DNA from: a bacterium
GTDB lineage: Bacteria > SAR324 > XYD2-FULL-50-16 > G965216635
DNA: 64,000 nt
NCBI GenBank assembly: GCA_965261475.1
Contig: OZ253454.1
Span: 1,378,001-1,442,000, forward strand
Direction: 5' to 3'
Shown here: positions 51,639 through 62,943 of the stretch, piece after piece
How the letters are laid out: every line of letters begins with the position of its first letter
How positions within the stretch are numbered: the stretch's first letter is position 1
Position numbers and translations under genes: made by a program
Notes under the pieces: generated by a model
Told to the model about the DNA's origin: nothing
Database searches by the model: none
Seen by the model: the letters and a program-made list of their open reading frames with translations, nothing else

Positions 51639-52747
51639 AAACTATTCTTATCTAAATCTTTTTTAAATTTTAAAACTGTTTTGAGTTGTTTGAGCTCTAA
51701 CTTTTTACTAAATTTGTTGAGCAAATCTGCTTGCGATGAAGAAAGATTGATAGGAACTTCTACAAGAATTTGTACCAACAAATCTCCTTTACTACCTCTA
51801 ATACTAGCGCACCCCTTACCTCTTAAATTAAAAACCTTGCCAGTTTGAGTACCAGCTGGAATTTTAAATTTTGCTTGACCATCTAGTGTAGGCACAACAA
51901 TCTCTCCTCCTAAAGTAGCCAAGGCTATATCTACAGGCACTTCACAAAGGACATTATTACCCTTTCTTTGGAAAAAATGATGTTCTTCTACATGAAAAAC
52001 TACATACAAATCGCCTGTTTTTCCTTCTCCTCTGCCTTGCTCACCTTCTCCAGAAAAACGAATCTTTTGTCCTGTTTGTACACCTTGAGGAATTTTAATT
52101 TTGAGTTTCTTATCTCTTTGTATAACAGTTTCTCCATGGCAAGTAGGACAAGGCACACTAATTACTTTCCCAGCACCTTGGCAATAATTACAAGTAGAAG
52201 AAAACGCGATAAAACTTTGACGTACCCTCATAAAACCTGTTCCATTGCAATGAGCACAAATAGTAATATCATTTTTTGAGCGAGCTCCTAATCCACTACA
52301 ATCATTACAAATTTCTTGCCTAGGATACGAGATGTCTATGCTATTACCTCGCACAGCATCAGCAAAAGAAATTTGTAAATTGTACTGCAAATCACTTCCG
52401 TTGTCTACATTCTTGCGAGCACCACCACCCGTGAAACCAGTAAAAATATCATCAAAAACATCTTTAAAACCACCAGAGAAAAAATCTTCAAAGCCTCCAG
52501 CTCTTCCGCCACTAAAACTACTAAATTCGCTGTCATGTCCAAACTGGTCGTAAGCGGAGCGTCTTTTAGCATTAGAAAGCACATGGTAGGCTTCAGATAA
52601 TTCCTTAAATTTCTCTTCTGCTTGTTTATTCCCTTGATTTTTATCAGGGTGGTATTTTAAAGCTATCTTCCGATATTGTTTTTTGATCTCATCAGTAGAG
52701 GCTTCTCTATTAACACCTAAAACTGTATAGTAATCTTTTTTTGCCAC
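51635..52747 (-). CDS. dnaJ: Chaperone DnaJ (Hsp40)
   Basis: 370 aa; J-domain with HPD (KYHPDKN), G/F-rich linker, four CxxCxG zinc-finger repeats. Confidence 0.9.
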   Translation of the reverse strand: MAKKDYYTVLGVNREASTDEIKKQYRKIALKYHPDKNQGNKQAEEKFKELSEAYHVLSNAKRRSAYDQFGHDSEFSSFSGGRAGGFEDFFSGGFKDVFDDIFTGFTGGGARKNVDNGSDLQYNLQISFADAVRGNSIDISYPRQEICNDCSGLGARSKNDITICAHCNGTGFMRVRQSFIAFSSTCNYCQGAGKVISVPCPTCHGETVIQRDKKLKIKIPQGVQTGQKIRFSGEGEQGRGEGKTGDLYVVFHVEEHHFFQRKGNNVLCEVPVDIALATLGGEIVVPTLDGQAKFKIPAGTQTGKVFNLRGKGCASIRGSKGDLLVQILVEVPINLSSSQADLLNKFSKKLELKQLKTVLKFKKDLDKNSL

Positions 52748-52750
52748 AAG

Positions 52751-54673
52751 TTAATTTTTCTTTTCCACATCTTCAAAATTGACATCCTCAGCATCATTTT
52801 TACTCTTGTTGTCACTAGCAGAAGTAGATTGTGTATTTTCTGCAGTATCACCACTAGTGTTAGCTGCTGCTTCGCTTTGGCTAAGTTTTTGCGATAATTC
52901 CTGAAAAATAGTAGAAAGAGCTTGAACAGCTTTGTTAATTTCTTCTGCAGAATCTCCTTTTACTTTACTCTTTAGCTCCTCAATAGCTGACTCTATTTTT
53001 TCTTTTTCCGATTTTTCAACTTTGTCTTTGCTATCATTTAGAATTTTTTCACACTGATAAATTAAATTATCTGCTTGATTTTTAGCGTCTATTAGTTCTT
53101 TCTTGCCCTTATCTTGCTCAGCATATTTTTGTGCTTCTTCTACCATTTTAGCTATTTCCTCATCCGATAAACCACCAGATGCGGTAATACGAATTTTTTG
53201 CTCTTTACCAGTTCCTTTATCTTTGGCAGAAACATTTAAAATACCATTAGCATCTATATCAAAAGTAACTTCAATTTGTGGTACGCCCCTAGGAGCAGAA
53301 GCAATACCCACTAATTCAAATTTTCCTATAGATTTATTATCGCTCGCCAACTCTCTTTCTCCTTGCAACACATGAATAGTTACTGCAGGTTGATTATCTG
53401 CAGCCGTAGAAAATACTTGTGATTTTTTGCTTGGAATAGTAGTATTCCTGTCAATCAATCTAGTTAAAACTCCACCTAGGGTTTCAATCCCTAAAGACAA
53501 AGGAGTAACATCTAGCAGTAAAACATCCTTAACATCTCCTCTCAATACTCCACCTTGGATTGCAGCACCAAGTGCTACCACTTCATCAGGATTAACACCC
53601 TTATGGGCTGATTTTCCAATAAACTTTTCTACTACCTCTATAATTTTTGGCATTCTAGTCATGCCCCCTACTAAAATCACATCATCAACATCAGAAGTAG
53701 TAATACCAGCATCTTTTAAAGCCATCTTCATAGGAGTTAAACATTTTTGTATTAAATCATCTACAATCTGTTCAAGTTTTGACCTAGTAAGTTTGACATT
53801 TAAGTGCTTTGGACCAGATGCGTCTGCTGTCACAAACGGCAAATTAACCTCTGTATCTGTAGCAGAAGAAAGTTCATGTTTAGCCTTTTCTGCTGCCTCT
53901 TTAAGTCTTTGCAGAGCCATTCTATCTTCTCTTAAATCTATGCCGTTATCTTTTTTAAACTCACTTGCTAAATAATCAATAATTCTTAGATCAAAATCTT
54001 CTCCACCCAAGTGAGTATCTCCGTTAGTTGATTTAACTTCAAATACACCATCTCCTAATTCCAAAACAGAAACATCAAAAGTACCTCCTCCAAGGTCAAA
54101 TACTACAATTGTTTCTTCTTTTTTCTTATCTAATCCGTAAGCCAAAGCTGCAGCAGTAGGCTCATTAATAATTCTTAAAATGTCTAATCCAGCAATTTTA
54201 CCAGCATCTTTGGTAGCCTGTCTTTGCGTGTCATTAAAGTAAGCAGGAACAGTAATGACAGCTTCTGTGACCTTTTCACCTAGATAATTTTCTGCAGTTA
54301 ATTTCATTTTTTGCAAGATAAAAGCGGAAATTTCTGCAATAGAAAAATTTTTATCGTCTACTTGGACCTGTGCTAACTTATTCTTCGCTTGAGTTATTTT
54401 ATAGGTTAAATTCTTAATATCATTTTGTACTATAGAAGAATCAAAGCTATGTCCAATCAATCTTTTAATAGAATAAATAGTTTTAGTAGGGTTAGTAATT
54501 GATTGTCTTTTGGCAATTTGCCCCACTAGCTTTTCACCTTTATCGGTAAAAGCAACAATGGAAGGAGTGGTTCTAGTGCCTTCAGAATTTTCAATTACTT
54601 TTGCGTCTCCTCCATCCATAACAGCTACGCAAGAATTAGTAGTTCCTAAATCTATTCCTATTACTTTGCTCAT
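52751..54673 (-). CDS. dnaK: Chaperone DnaK (Hsp70)
   Basis: 640 aa; [30 protein letters not shown] and the rest of the canonical Hsp70 sequence. Confidence 0.95.
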   Translation of the reverse strand: MSKVIGIDLGTTNSCVAVMDGGDAKVIENSEGTRTTPSIVAFTDKGEKLVGQIAKRQSITNPTKTIYSIKRLIGHSFDSSIVQNDIKNLTYKITQAKNKLAQVQVDDKNFSIAEISAFILQKMKLTAENYLGEKVTEAVITVPAYFNDTQRQATKDAGKIAGLDILRIINEPTAAALAYGLDKKKEETIVVFDLGGGTFDVSVLELGDGVFEVKSTNGDTHLGGEDFDLRIIDYLASEFKKDNGIDLREDRMALQRLKEAAEKAKHELSSATDTEVNLPFVTADASGPKHLNVKLTRSKLEQIVDDLIQKCLTPMKMALKDAGITTSDVDDVILVGGMTRMPKIIEVVEKFIGKSAHKGVNPDEVVALGAAIQGGVLRGDVKDVLLLDVTPLSLGIETLGGVLTRLIDRNTTIPSKKSQVFSTAADNQPAVTIHVLQGERELASDNKSIGKFELVGIASAPRGVPQIEVTFDIDANGILNVSAKDKGTGKEQKIRITASGGLSDEEIAKMVEEAQKYAEQDKGKKELIDAKNQADNLIYQCEKILNDSKDKVEKSEKEKIESAIEELKSKVKGDSAEEINKAVQALSTIFQELSQKLSQSEAAANTSGDTAENTQSTSASDNKSKNDAEDVNFEDVEKKN

Positions 54674-54749
54674 TTTATTTTATTTTTAATTGAGTTATAT
54701 TTTAATGAATTTTAAATTGCTACTACATACCATATCTAGCAAAAATGCT

Positions 54750-55409
54750 CTATGCTTTGGAAACATTATCAGTCTTTGTCTTAGATACTTGCACCATAGC
54801 GGGTCTAATAATCCTATCATGCAACAAGTAACCTGCCTTAAAAACAGCAGTTACTTTATTATCTTTCCTCTCACATGTCTCTAGTGTAGCAACAGCTTCG
54901 TGTCTTGTAGGATCAAAAGTCTCACCCAAAGTATTCATTTTTTCTATGTGATGTTGCTTGAAAACATCAAGAAACTGCTGATGCACTAGCCTAATGCCTT
55001 TAGCACATTCTTTAAAATTTTTGCTATCCTTATTATCTGTAATATGTTCTAGAGCTATCTCTAGGGAATCTAGCACCGAAAATAAATCTTTTGCAATACT
55101 CTCATTAGCATATTTTGCTTTTAGCTCACTGTATTGAGATTGTCTTTTTTTATAATTATCAAACTCTGCTGCCAACCGTAAAAATTGATCTTTGGACTGT
55201 ATAACTTCTGCCTTTTGAGCACAAACCAAGTCGGCTAACTTTTTTTGCTCTAATTCCATTTGCTCATCTTGCACTGGCTTTAATTTTGACTTTGATAAAG
55301 AAAGATCAATATCTGAATCTTTAGCATCTATCTCAGAGCTAGGTTGTTCTTGTCTAGTGCCTTGAGCCTTGTCTTCACATTTTTTACTATTTTGCTCTTC
55401 TTTGGTCAT
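54750..55409 (-). CDS. grpE: Nucleotide exchange factor GrpE
   Basis: 219 aa; acidic N-terminus, coiled-coil, GrpE C-terminal motifs (FDPTRHEAV...GY.L.DRIIRPAMV). Confidence 0.8.
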   Translation of the reverse strand: MTKEEQNSKKCEDKAQGTRQEQPSSEIDAKDSDIDLSLSKSKLKPVQDEQMELEQKKLADLVCAQKAEVIQSKDQFLRLAAEFDNYKKRQSQYSELKAKYANESIAKDLFSVLDSLEIALEHITDNKDSKNFKECAKGIRLVHQQFLDVFKQHHIEKMNTLGETFDPTRHEAVATLETCERKDNKVTAVFKAGYLLHDRIIRPAMVQVSKTKTDNVSKA

Positions 55410-55620
55410 CTATGTATTTTTTGCAAATTTATTGAGACCTTATAATTGTCACTACAAAACTTTGATAACTCATTAAAAACCAACCAATTGCAGTCATTGC
55501 CACCTAAGCTAAAATATTATAAAATATCTCTAATGCAATGTTGAGCTAATATAATCTACTTGTTTTATCGCAACTTTGTATGCAAAAGTCTCCATTGTCA
55601 TGCTATACATTTTAATTGTT

Positions 55621-56337
55621 TTAGTCAACAAAAAAATGCAAAATTTCTGCTACATCTTTGGCGGTATCTATACCAAAAAAATGGTTTTTAGCTAGAACTA
55701 CAGAGATCGAATAACCTGCTTCTAGAGCTCGTAGTTGCTCTAATTTTTCTGCTTTTTCTAACGAAGACAGAGGTAAGCTAGTGTAGTGTAATAAAAAATT
55801 TTTACTATATCCATAAACACCAATATGACAATAATATTGTGCTTGTAAGTTCTCGCTATAAGGAATAGGGGAGCGAGAAAAATACAGAGCTTTTAATTGC
55901 TTGCTTAAAACTACTTTCACTTTGGAAGTATCAGTAATTGCTGCTTTAGTTTGTAGAGGATACGCCGCAGTGACAAATTCGGATTCTTTTTGTTGTAATT
56001 TTTTGGCAATTTTAGCGAGCACACTAGATTCAATAAAAGGCTCATCTGCTTGCACATTAATAATATAATCGCAATCTATCTTGCTAGCAGCTTCTGCAAT
56101 TCTATCTGTACCAGATAAATGAGTGCTAGAAGTCATGATTACATTTTGCATAAATTGAAGGGCTACCTTTTGTATTTTTTCGCTATCAGTAGCTATGTAT
56201 ACTGGAGCTATTTGTGCAAGGCTAACTCTTTCAAAAACTCTTTGTAACATAGTTTTTCCCTTCAGATCTATCAAAACTTTTTCTTTCAAACGACTAGAAT
56301 TCAACCTTGCTGGAATTATAATTACTGTTTTATTCAT
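55621..56337 (-). CDS. kdsB: 3-deoxy-manno-octulosonate cytidylyltransferase (CMP-Kdo synthetase)
   Basis: 238 aa; IIPARLNSSRL...GTDRIAEA...VNVQADEP matches KdsB. Confidence 0.8.
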   Translation of the reverse strand: MNKTVIIIPARLNSSRLKEKVLIDLKGKTMLQRVFERVSLAQIAPVYIATDSEKIQKVALQFMQNVIMTSSTHLSGTDRIAEAASKIDCDYIINVQADEPFIESSVLAKIAKKLQQKESEFVTAAYPLQTKAAITDTSKVKVVLSKQLKALYFSRSPIPYSENLQAQYYCHIGVYGYSKNFLLHYTSLPLSSLEKAEKLEQLRALEAGYSISVVLAKNHFFGIDTAKDVAEILHFFVD

Positions 56338-56404
56338 TTACGCTTTGTCTTTTCGCTAAATAAAAGTATGATTGTAAAACTATAACATAATTGATAGTAA
56401 AAAA

Positions 56405-57763
56405 TTGCAAGAAATAAATCTTACTAAAAACTCTATTCCTCACTCTTTAAACCAACTTTTTATTCCAGCAAGCGTAGGATTTTTTTTTAATGTACTATTC
56501 AATATCGTAGATACCTATTTTGGAGGACAAATCTCTCCACAAACTCTTACCGCGCTGTCCATCAATTTTCCTATTTTTTTTGTTATTATTGCAGTTGTTT
56601 TTGGTTTTGCGGATTCATATTCAGCTTTAATTGCTACTCAAATAGGTAAAGGACGAAAAGACATAGCAACAAAACTATTTTTTCAATCTTTAGGTTTTGG
56701 AATATTTCTTTCTGTTTTTCTTACTATTTTTGGTATTTTTTTTAGTAAACCCTTGTTGATATTTCTGGGTGCTCATGGGAATTATTTACAAGAGGCACTA
56801 GATTATATTCTGCCTATGTTTTATGGTTCTATTTTTTTAGTGCTAATTGGAAGCCTCAACTCTGGTCTCAGCGCTCAAGGGAATAACAAAATAAACCGCA
56901 ACTTTTTGATTGGCTCTTTCGTAGCAAATATATTTTTAGACTATTGGTTTATACACGGGGGCTTAGGGTTGCCTCCTTTAGGGGTTACAGGAATTGCACT
57001 AGCCACACTCTTGGTGCACGTCATAGGTGTTTTTTATTTTTTTTGGCATTTGAAAAAAACTTTTTTGCTAAAAACAATCCATTGGAAATATTTTATCCCT
57101 CAAAAATACTACTATCAACAAATTTTATCACAAGGCATCCCTGCTACTTTTAATCTACTCAATGTTAGTGTTTACTTTTTTATTGTCAATCGCTTTTTAG
57201 CTAGTTTTGGACAAGATGCAATCGCCGCCTACGGCATAGGATTACGTATTGGACAGCTTATTTTAGTTCCAATAATAGGCTTAGGAGTAGCTATTGCTAC
57301 TATGGTAGCTCACAACCACGGAGCAAATATGGAGACAAGAGTTAAAAAAATCATTAGTGTAGGACTATTTTATTCTTTAACAATAGCGTTCGTAGGTTGC
57401 TTGTTTTTATTTTTTACAGGAAAGATAGTCATGCAATTTTTTACCGATAGCAAAGTTATTATAGATATTGGAGCACAGTACCTACAAATAGAAGCTTTCG
57501 CACTTTTTAGCTACTCCTTGATACATGTTTCTGCTTTTGCTTTACAAGGATTAAAAAAACCAAGTATCTCGTTTTTGATAAATTTAGTAGGTAGTATTAG
57601 CCCCCTACCCACTTTGTTTCTACTCATTACTATTATGCAATTTAACACTAACTCCGTGTGGTGGGCATTATTTGGAAATAACTTGGCCATAGGAATTATA
57701 TTTATAATTTTTTTACAAATAATTTTAAAAAAAAGCTTTACAACAAAAAATGAAATTACATAG
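56405..57763 (+). CDS. MATE-family efflux transporter
   Basis: 452 aa, about 12 predicted TM helices with MATE-like two-fold repeat organisation. Confidence 0.5.
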   Translation: MQEINLTKNSIPHSLNQLFIPASVGFFFNVLFNIVDTYFGGQISPQTLTALSINFPIFFVIIAVVFGFADSYSALIATQIGKGRKDIATKLFFQSLGFGIFLSVFLTIFGIFFSKPLLIFLGAHGNYLQEALDYILPMFYGSIFLVLIGSLNSGLSAQGNNKINRNFLIGSFVANIFLDYWFIHGGLGLPPLGVTGIALATLLVHVIGVFYFFWHLKKTFLLKTIHWKYFIPQKYYYQQILSQGIPATFNLLNVSVYFFIVNRFLASFGQDAIAAYGIGLRIGQLILVPIIGLGVAIATMVAHNHGANMETRVKKIISVGLFYSLTIAFVGCLFLFFTGKIVMQFFTDSKVIIDIGAQYLQIEAFALFSYSLIHVSAFALQGLKKPSISFLINLVGSISPLPTLFLLITIMQFNTNSVWWALFGNNLAIGIIFIIFLQIILKKSFTTKNEIT

Positions 57764-59198
57764 TAAATACTTTCTACCTATTTTTTTTTTAATTTATTTT
57801 TTAATTTGGTATGTAGTTAGTTTTGGGCTCAACATTCATCCAGATTCCCTAGAATATTGGGTTTGGTCTCAAAACATAAGTTTAGGATACGCCAATAATT
57901 CGCCTATGATTGCCTACGGCATCAAAATTATGAATTTGCTTATCAAAAATAATATTTGGGCTATCAAAATTGGCGCAATCATTAACTCAGGGCTAGTGCT
58001 AATGGCTGCATATTGGTCTGCAAGAGGGTTTCTAAGTCAAAAAGAATCTCGGTTATACCTGCTCATACTAGGAGGTACTATCTATTATTCCTTATCCACT
58101 CAATTTTGGTCTATTGAACAACCTTATAATTTTTTTTGGTTTTTAACTCTTGGGTCATTAGCAAGATACATTAACACTAAACGAGTAAGGTGGTTGTTTG
58201 GTATGGGAGTATTTTTTGCTCTTGGCGTTTTATCTAAATATATCATTGGTCTTTTTGTAATTATTCTATTGTGCTGGATATTGTGGAATAAAGAGCACCG
58301 CTATCTTTTATGGAATCCTTATTTATGGCTATCGGGGTTACTGGTGATCACTATTTTAGCGCCACATCTTTATTGGAATTATCAAAGAGATTGGGTGACT
58401 TTCATTTTTCTGTTCCATAAAGGATTAAAACAAGGAATATTTTGGCATAATTTATGGCAAATACAAGTGTCTCATTTATTTTTTTATTCTATTTTTTTTT
58501 CTTTGCCCTCTTGGTGGGTGCTGATTAAACATAAGCAATTTAATTTTTTTGCCTCAAGCAAATTTTCGCTGATTTTGATCCACTCCATTATTCCAGTTGT
58601 CTTTTTTAGTTATAGCTCTCTCACAGGAAAAATAGCAGACCCTAACTGGATGGCAGCAAGCTATATTTCTGTATTCTTGTTACTAGCAAAATATTGTCAT
58701 CACTTAATCCAACAAGGTAAAAAATATTTCGTTATTTTGAGCTTTTCTTTTTCTTACATCGCTTTGATTAGTCTAACAATTTTTATCCTTTTATTTCAGC
58801 ACTACCAATTCTCTTTTGTACCCAAAACCATAGCTGGTAGATTAAACGAACCAAACGGATGGAAAGAATTTGCTTTATCTGTAGAAAAAGTTTTTCAAGA
58901 AAAAAATAAAAAACTTCCTCAATATTTAATTACTAAACACTTTCATACGGGCGCTGCAGTTTCTTTCTACCTCACAGGACAGCCTACAAACTATGTAACT
59001 CAAAGAGATGAAAGAGAGTTTGTTGACAAAAAAACTATCGCTCAAAATAGAGCCATCATACTTGTTCGCTCTCAGTTTCCAGAAGATATAGCAAAAATAC
59101 AAAAAATATTCCCTCAAAAATGGACCTACATGGGAGAAATTGCTGCAATCTTTAGAGGAAAAAAATTGCGAGCATTTCAAGTCTGGTTAAAAGACTGA
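57750..59198 (+). CDS. GT-C fold membrane glycosyltransferase (ArnT/PMT-like, families 39/83)
   Basis: 482 aa polytopic membrane protein with an N-terminal periplasmic-loop acidic motif region (PDSLEYW). Overlaps the MATE gene by 14 bp. Confidence 0.45.
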   Translation: MKLHSKYFLPIFFLIYFLIWYVVSFGLNIHPDSLEYWVWSQNISLGYANNSPMIAYGIKIMNLLIKNNIWAIKIGAIINSGLVLMAAYWSARGFLSQKESRLYLLILGGTIYYSLSTQFWSIEQPYNFFWFLTLGSLARYINTKRVRWLFGMGVFFALGVLSKYIIGLFVIILLCWILWNKEHRYLLWNPYLWLSGLLVITILAPHLYWNYQRDWVTFIFLFHKGLKQGIFWHNLWQIQVSHLFFYSIFFSLPSWWVLIKHKQFNFFASSKFSLILIHSIIPVVFFSYSSLTGKIADPNWMAASYISVFLLLAKYCHHLIQQGKKYFVILSFSFSYIALISLTIFILLFQHYQFSFVPKTIAGRLNEPNGWKEFALSVEKVFQEKNKKLPQYLITKHFHTGAAVSFYLTGQPTNYVTQRDEREFVDKKTIAQNRAIILVRSQFPEDIAKIQKIFPQKWTYMGEIAAIFRGKKLRAFQVWLKD

Positions 59199-60319
59199 TG
59201 CTTAAACTACTCAAAAATTATTTGCTAGCAAAATACCTACTCAAAAAAATAGAATTTTTGTTCTTTATCAGTCTTTGTTTTTTTTTACTATTTTTTTTAA
59301 TAAATGAAACTATCTTTACCCTGCTTTACTTCCAATATTTTCAAACAAACTCTCTTGTTTTAATTAAAATTATTATATTTTACTTACTAGGTAGTATAGA
59401 AACTCTTTTTAGTTTTTGTGCAATGTTAGCGATTTTGGTAACTACACAACAACTCTCTAGAGCATCAGAGCTTACCGCCTATTTTGCACAAGGAATTTCT
59501 ATAAATTTTATTTTTGCTTGTGTTTTACGTTTTACGGCTGTTTTGGGTATTTTTAGTTTTTTTATAGTTGCTTGGATGAGACCAATTTTTTTTGAGCAAA
59601 GAGAAAAACTCATAGCACAAATAGTCCATCAAGGAAAATTTAAATTTGCACCTGAAAAACTAAATTCTATCGGAGATTATATTTTTTACTTTAAAAAAAA
59701 AAAAGGTAATGACTTTTATAATATCCTAATTTTTAAAAGAACCAACCCTCTCAAAGGACAAATTATTTCCGCTAAAAAAGGTAATATAAAAAGTTCAATC
59801 GCAGAGAGCCTGTTTAGTTTTGAATTACAAGAAGGTCGTATTACCCTTTTACCTAGTCCAAAAAAGAATTATCAAATCACTAAATTTGCTAAACTAGCCT
59901 ATCCTATACAAATTGGCAACACCGTGCAATTAGCAAACATTGAAACTAGGGTAATTAAAAAACAACAAAGATATACACAATACACATTGCCTCAAATGTA
60001 CCAAAAAATCAAGGAATTACACAAGATAGACAAAGCAGAACAAGAATACTATTTTGTTCGTTTTATCTTTTTATTTACAAGAAGTTTGCATAATGCCGCT
60101 CTACCATTAGTGGGTTTAATGCTAGGTTTCTTTTACCCTAGATTGCGTAAAAAACAAATCTATCTCAAATTTTTTACTATTTACATTTTATACTACACTG
60201 TGGTAATTCAATTAGAGGAAGCTACTTTAAATGGGTTGATCTCTGTGTGGTGGAACTTCTTGCTTCCAGCACTAAGTGCTTACTTAGCCTACTATTGCTT
60301 TAAAAGCAAAGCCTATTAA
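59198..60319 (+). CDS. LptF/LptG-family permease (YjgP/YjgQ)
   Basis: 373 aa; N-terminus M-LKLLKNYLLAKYL...FF pattern and 6-TM topology with a large periplasmic loop. Confidence 0.5.
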   Translation: MLKLLKNYLLAKYLLKKIEFLFFISLCFFLLFFLINETIFTLLYFQYFQTNSLVLIKIIIFYLLGSIETLFSFCAMLAILVTTQQLSRASELTAYFAQGISINFIFACVLRFTAVLGIFSFFIVAWMRPIFFEQREKLIAQIVHQGKFKFAPEKLNSIGDYIFYFKKKKGNDFYNILIFKRTNPLKGQIISAKKGNIKSSIAESLFSFELQEGRITLLPSPKKNYQITKFAKLAYPIQIGNTVQLANIETRVIKKQQRYTQYTLPQMYQKIKELHKIDKAEQEYYFVRFIFLFTRSLHNAALPLVGLMLGFFYPRLRKKQIYLKFFTIYILYYTVVIQLEEATLNGLISVWWNFLLPALSAYLAYYCFKSKAY

Positions 60320-60328
60320 CCAAAAAAC

Positions 60329-61294
60329 ATGAAAAAAATTCTTGTTTTAGGGCAATTAGCTAAAGCAGGCATTGCCCTACTAGAAGCAAAAAAGAATATT
60401 GCTTGGGTGCAGTTATTAGGTGAAGATGCTCAAAACGAAGCAAAAATTTTAACTCATTTGAAGGAAACAAATGCTCTGTTAGTACGCACTCAAAATATTT
60501 TGCCAGAATGGATCAAGCAAGCAAAAAATTTAGAAATTGTTTCTAGGCACGGAGTAGGAGTTGATAACCTGCCTCTTAAAACTCTAAGTCAAAACAAAAT
60601 TCCTGTTTGTATTATTGAAGATATAAATTCTATTTCTGTAGCCGAGCATACTATTATGTTATTGCTGAGTTGTGCTAAACAACTTCGTTTCTACCAAACA
60701 AAAATGCAAAACCGAGCATGGCACATGAGAGACGAAGGGCGAAGTGTAGAGCTTTACAACAAAAATTTACTAATGATAGGTTGTGGTAGAGTAGGAGAAA
60801 AAATTTTAGAAAGACTCGCAGCATTTAAAATGCAAACAAAAATTTTTGATCCTCACAAAAAAACAAAAAATAACTACGCCCTCTTTGTAACAAACATAGA
60901 AGATGCTCTGAGCTCGGCAGATTTTGTGCTACTTTGTTGCCCAAAAACAAAGGAAACTATCAATATTTTAAATAAAAAAATGTTAAATTTATTAAAACCA
61001 CAAGCTATCTTAATCAACACAGCAAGAGGAGCTTTAGTAGACGAAAATGCTTTGTATGATTTATTACGGGCAAGAAAAATAGCTGCCGCAGGTTTTGATG
61101 TTTTTGCTACAGAGCCTATGCCAAAACAACATCCCTTGTTACTGCTAGATAATTTTATCGCTACGCCGCACATTGCGTCTAAAACAAAAGAATGCATAAA
61201 AAACACTTCTGTAAGTGCTGTAAACAATATATTGCGTTTTTGGCAAGGTGATTTAAACTACTCTTTGATTACAAATTCAGAGGTTTTAAAATAA
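60329..61294 (+). CDS. D-isomer-specific 2-hydroxyacid dehydrogenase (SerA/GhrA-like)
   Basis: 321 aa; NAD-binding GCGRVGEKI, catalytic region (NTARGALVDENAL). Confidence 0.65.
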   Translation: MKKILVLGQLAKAGIALLEAKKNIAWVQLLGEDAQNEAKILTHLKETNALLVRTQNILPEWIKQAKNLEIVSRHGVGVDNLPLKTLSQNKIPVCIIEDINSISVAEHTIMLLLSCAKQLRFYQTKMQNRAWHMRDEGRSVELYNKNLLMIGCGRVGEKILERLAAFKMQTKIFDPHKKTKNNYALFVTNIEDALSSADFVLLCCPKTKETINILNKKMLNLLKPQAILINTARGALVDENALYDLLRARKIAAAGFDVFATEPMPKQHPLLLLDNFIATPHIASKTKECIKNTSVSAVNNILRFWQGDLNYSLITNSEVLK

Positions 61295-61421
61295 ATGCTT
61301 TGTTTTATTTTGAGCGTTACGGCTATGATCTAAACAATTATTAGTCAATAATTATCTACAAGCAACTTAAGCAGTATTTTGCACAATACCAATCGTCAAA
61401 ATTATCACTTTTTAACAAATT

Positions 61422-62204
61422 ATGACTAGTTTAGTTGGAGATTCTAACATCTTTACCCTCTATCAAGAACTCGCAGGCAAAGATTTATTTTATCAAGATT
61501 TATTAAAAGAAAAAGAAATATTAACCAATCTATACTACCACTTAATTAGAGATGGGGCGCAAGCTCTGCGCATTCCTTCAATACACTGTTACAAAATAGA
61601 GTTAGAAAAACAAAAGCTCTACCACCAAATAGAGCAAATATTAGGTTTACTTGTTTCTAGCGCTAAACAGGCAATAAAAAGAACAGGAGCTGATATTCTA
61701 ATACTAGGTGTTATCAGTTACAGCTCGCTTGTCAAAGGAGAAAATTTTTGGAAGGAAATGCACAAAAATATCTCAGAAACAGTAATTTATTTATCAGATT
61801 TTGGCATAGACGCAATTTTTATTGAAGGTATTACAAACTGGAAAATAATGAAAAAAACACTAGATATAGTAGAAGAGCAATGCCCGCATCCTATTGCTCC
61901 TTTTTTTGCTTTGCAAAACTTTAAGAAAGGAGAACTAGAAAATTATCTCACAATCTACAAAAAACTACATTTAGAGATGCTAGGAATAGAAATAGAGCCT
62001 AGAGATTTTATCCAAAACAAGCAAAAAATTAGTTTGCTAGAGCAAAACCAACAAATAGGTTTCTTATTAAATAATTGCAATTCTACTGCAAGCATAAATT
62101 TAGCGACTAACTTTTTTAAAAAAATCAAACCTCTAGCCTTATTTGGAGGCAATCAAATCAAAAGAAAATGGTGGAATAATTTTTGCCAAAAATATTTTGG
62201 ATAA
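61422..62204 (+). CDS. Hypothetical protein with weak homocysteine-S-methyltransferase-like features
   Basis: 260 aa; weak resemblance to the Hcy-binding TIM-barrel domain (GADILILGVIS, DAIFIEGITN) but without the N-terminal GGMGT region. Confidence 0.3.
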   Translation: MTSLVGDSNIFTLYQELAGKDLFYQDLLKEKEILTNLYYHLIRDGAQALRIPSIHCYKIELEKQKLYHQIEQILGLLVSSAKQAIKRTGADILILGVISYSSLVKGENFWKEMHKNISETVIYLSDFGIDAIFIEGITNWKIMKKTLDIVEEQCPHPIAPFFALQNFKKGELENYLTIYKKLHLEMLGIEIEPRDFIQNKQKISLLEQNQQIGFLLNNCNSTASINLATNFFKKIKPLALFGGNQIKRKWWNNFCQKYFG

Positions 62205-62211
62205 TGTTTAT

Positions 62212-62814
62212 TTAAAATCCGTAAGCAAATTTGAGATAGATAGAATTGATATCAAAGCCTGAAATAAAGTTGAGGCTATCCTTTTGGGACTCAGAAATTT
62301 TAACCTCATTAGTAGCAAAGTTTAAATACACAAAACCCGTTTCAAAATAAAAACCTTGATGTACGGAGGTAATTTTATAACCAAAATCAAACATATAAGA
62401 GCTACCAAAAAATTTTCCTCCGCTAGCAAAAGTAGTAGTACCAGAGCCTTGCCCTAACCCTACAAAAAAACCAGAATAATGCACATAGTCTACAGAGATA
62501 AGGAGTGCTGAGATATCTGTTTTTGAAACATCTGTAGTCCAAGAAAAGTAAGAAATAGCCAATCTCCAATCCACAAAATTATACCCTGCGCGGATATTGA
62601 GCCCATTAGCAGACTCAGCCCCTCGAAAATCATCGGTAACATCTATAGAGCTATCTGCGTGACTAAAATCTTGACCTACCCTGGCACCTAACGAAAATCC
62701 ACTATCTATAAAATAACCGGTTTTTAACTGAGCAAACAATGCACTAGGAAAAACCAATAAAACCAACAAAATTACAATACATTTTTTCATCATACTTATT
62801 ATTAAACTACACAT
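62212..62814 (-). CDS. Small outer-membrane beta-barrel protein
   Basis: 200 aa; signal peptide (MMKKCIVILLVLLVFPSALFA), beta-strand alternation, C-terminal ...LKFAYGF. Confidence 0.5.
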   Translation of the reverse strand: MCSLIISMMKKCIVILLVLLVFPSALFAQLKTGYFIDSGFSLGARVGQDFSHADSSIDVTDDFRGAESANGLNIRAGYNFVDWRLAISYFSWTTDVSKTDISALLISVDYVHYSGFFVGLGQGSGTTTFASGGKFFGSSYMFDFGYKITSVHQGFYFETGFVYLNFATNEVKISESQKDSLNFISGFDINSIYLKFAYGF

Positions 62815-62909
62815 AAAACCAATACAAACCCTATGCCAAAATACTTAAATTAAGTAAAATTAAATGCAAATAAAAAGAGATTTATATCAATGCCAACCAA
62901 TAGTAATAA

Positions 62910-62943
62910 CTACAACAACCTTGTTGTAGCTGTATATTTTTTA
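62910..62943 (-). terminator. Candidate hairpin terminator just downstream of crcB
   Basis: Inverted repeat CTACAACAA-CC-TTGTTGTAG at 62910-62929, 11 nt after the crcB stop, flanked by T-rich tracts on both strands. Confidence 0.35.
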
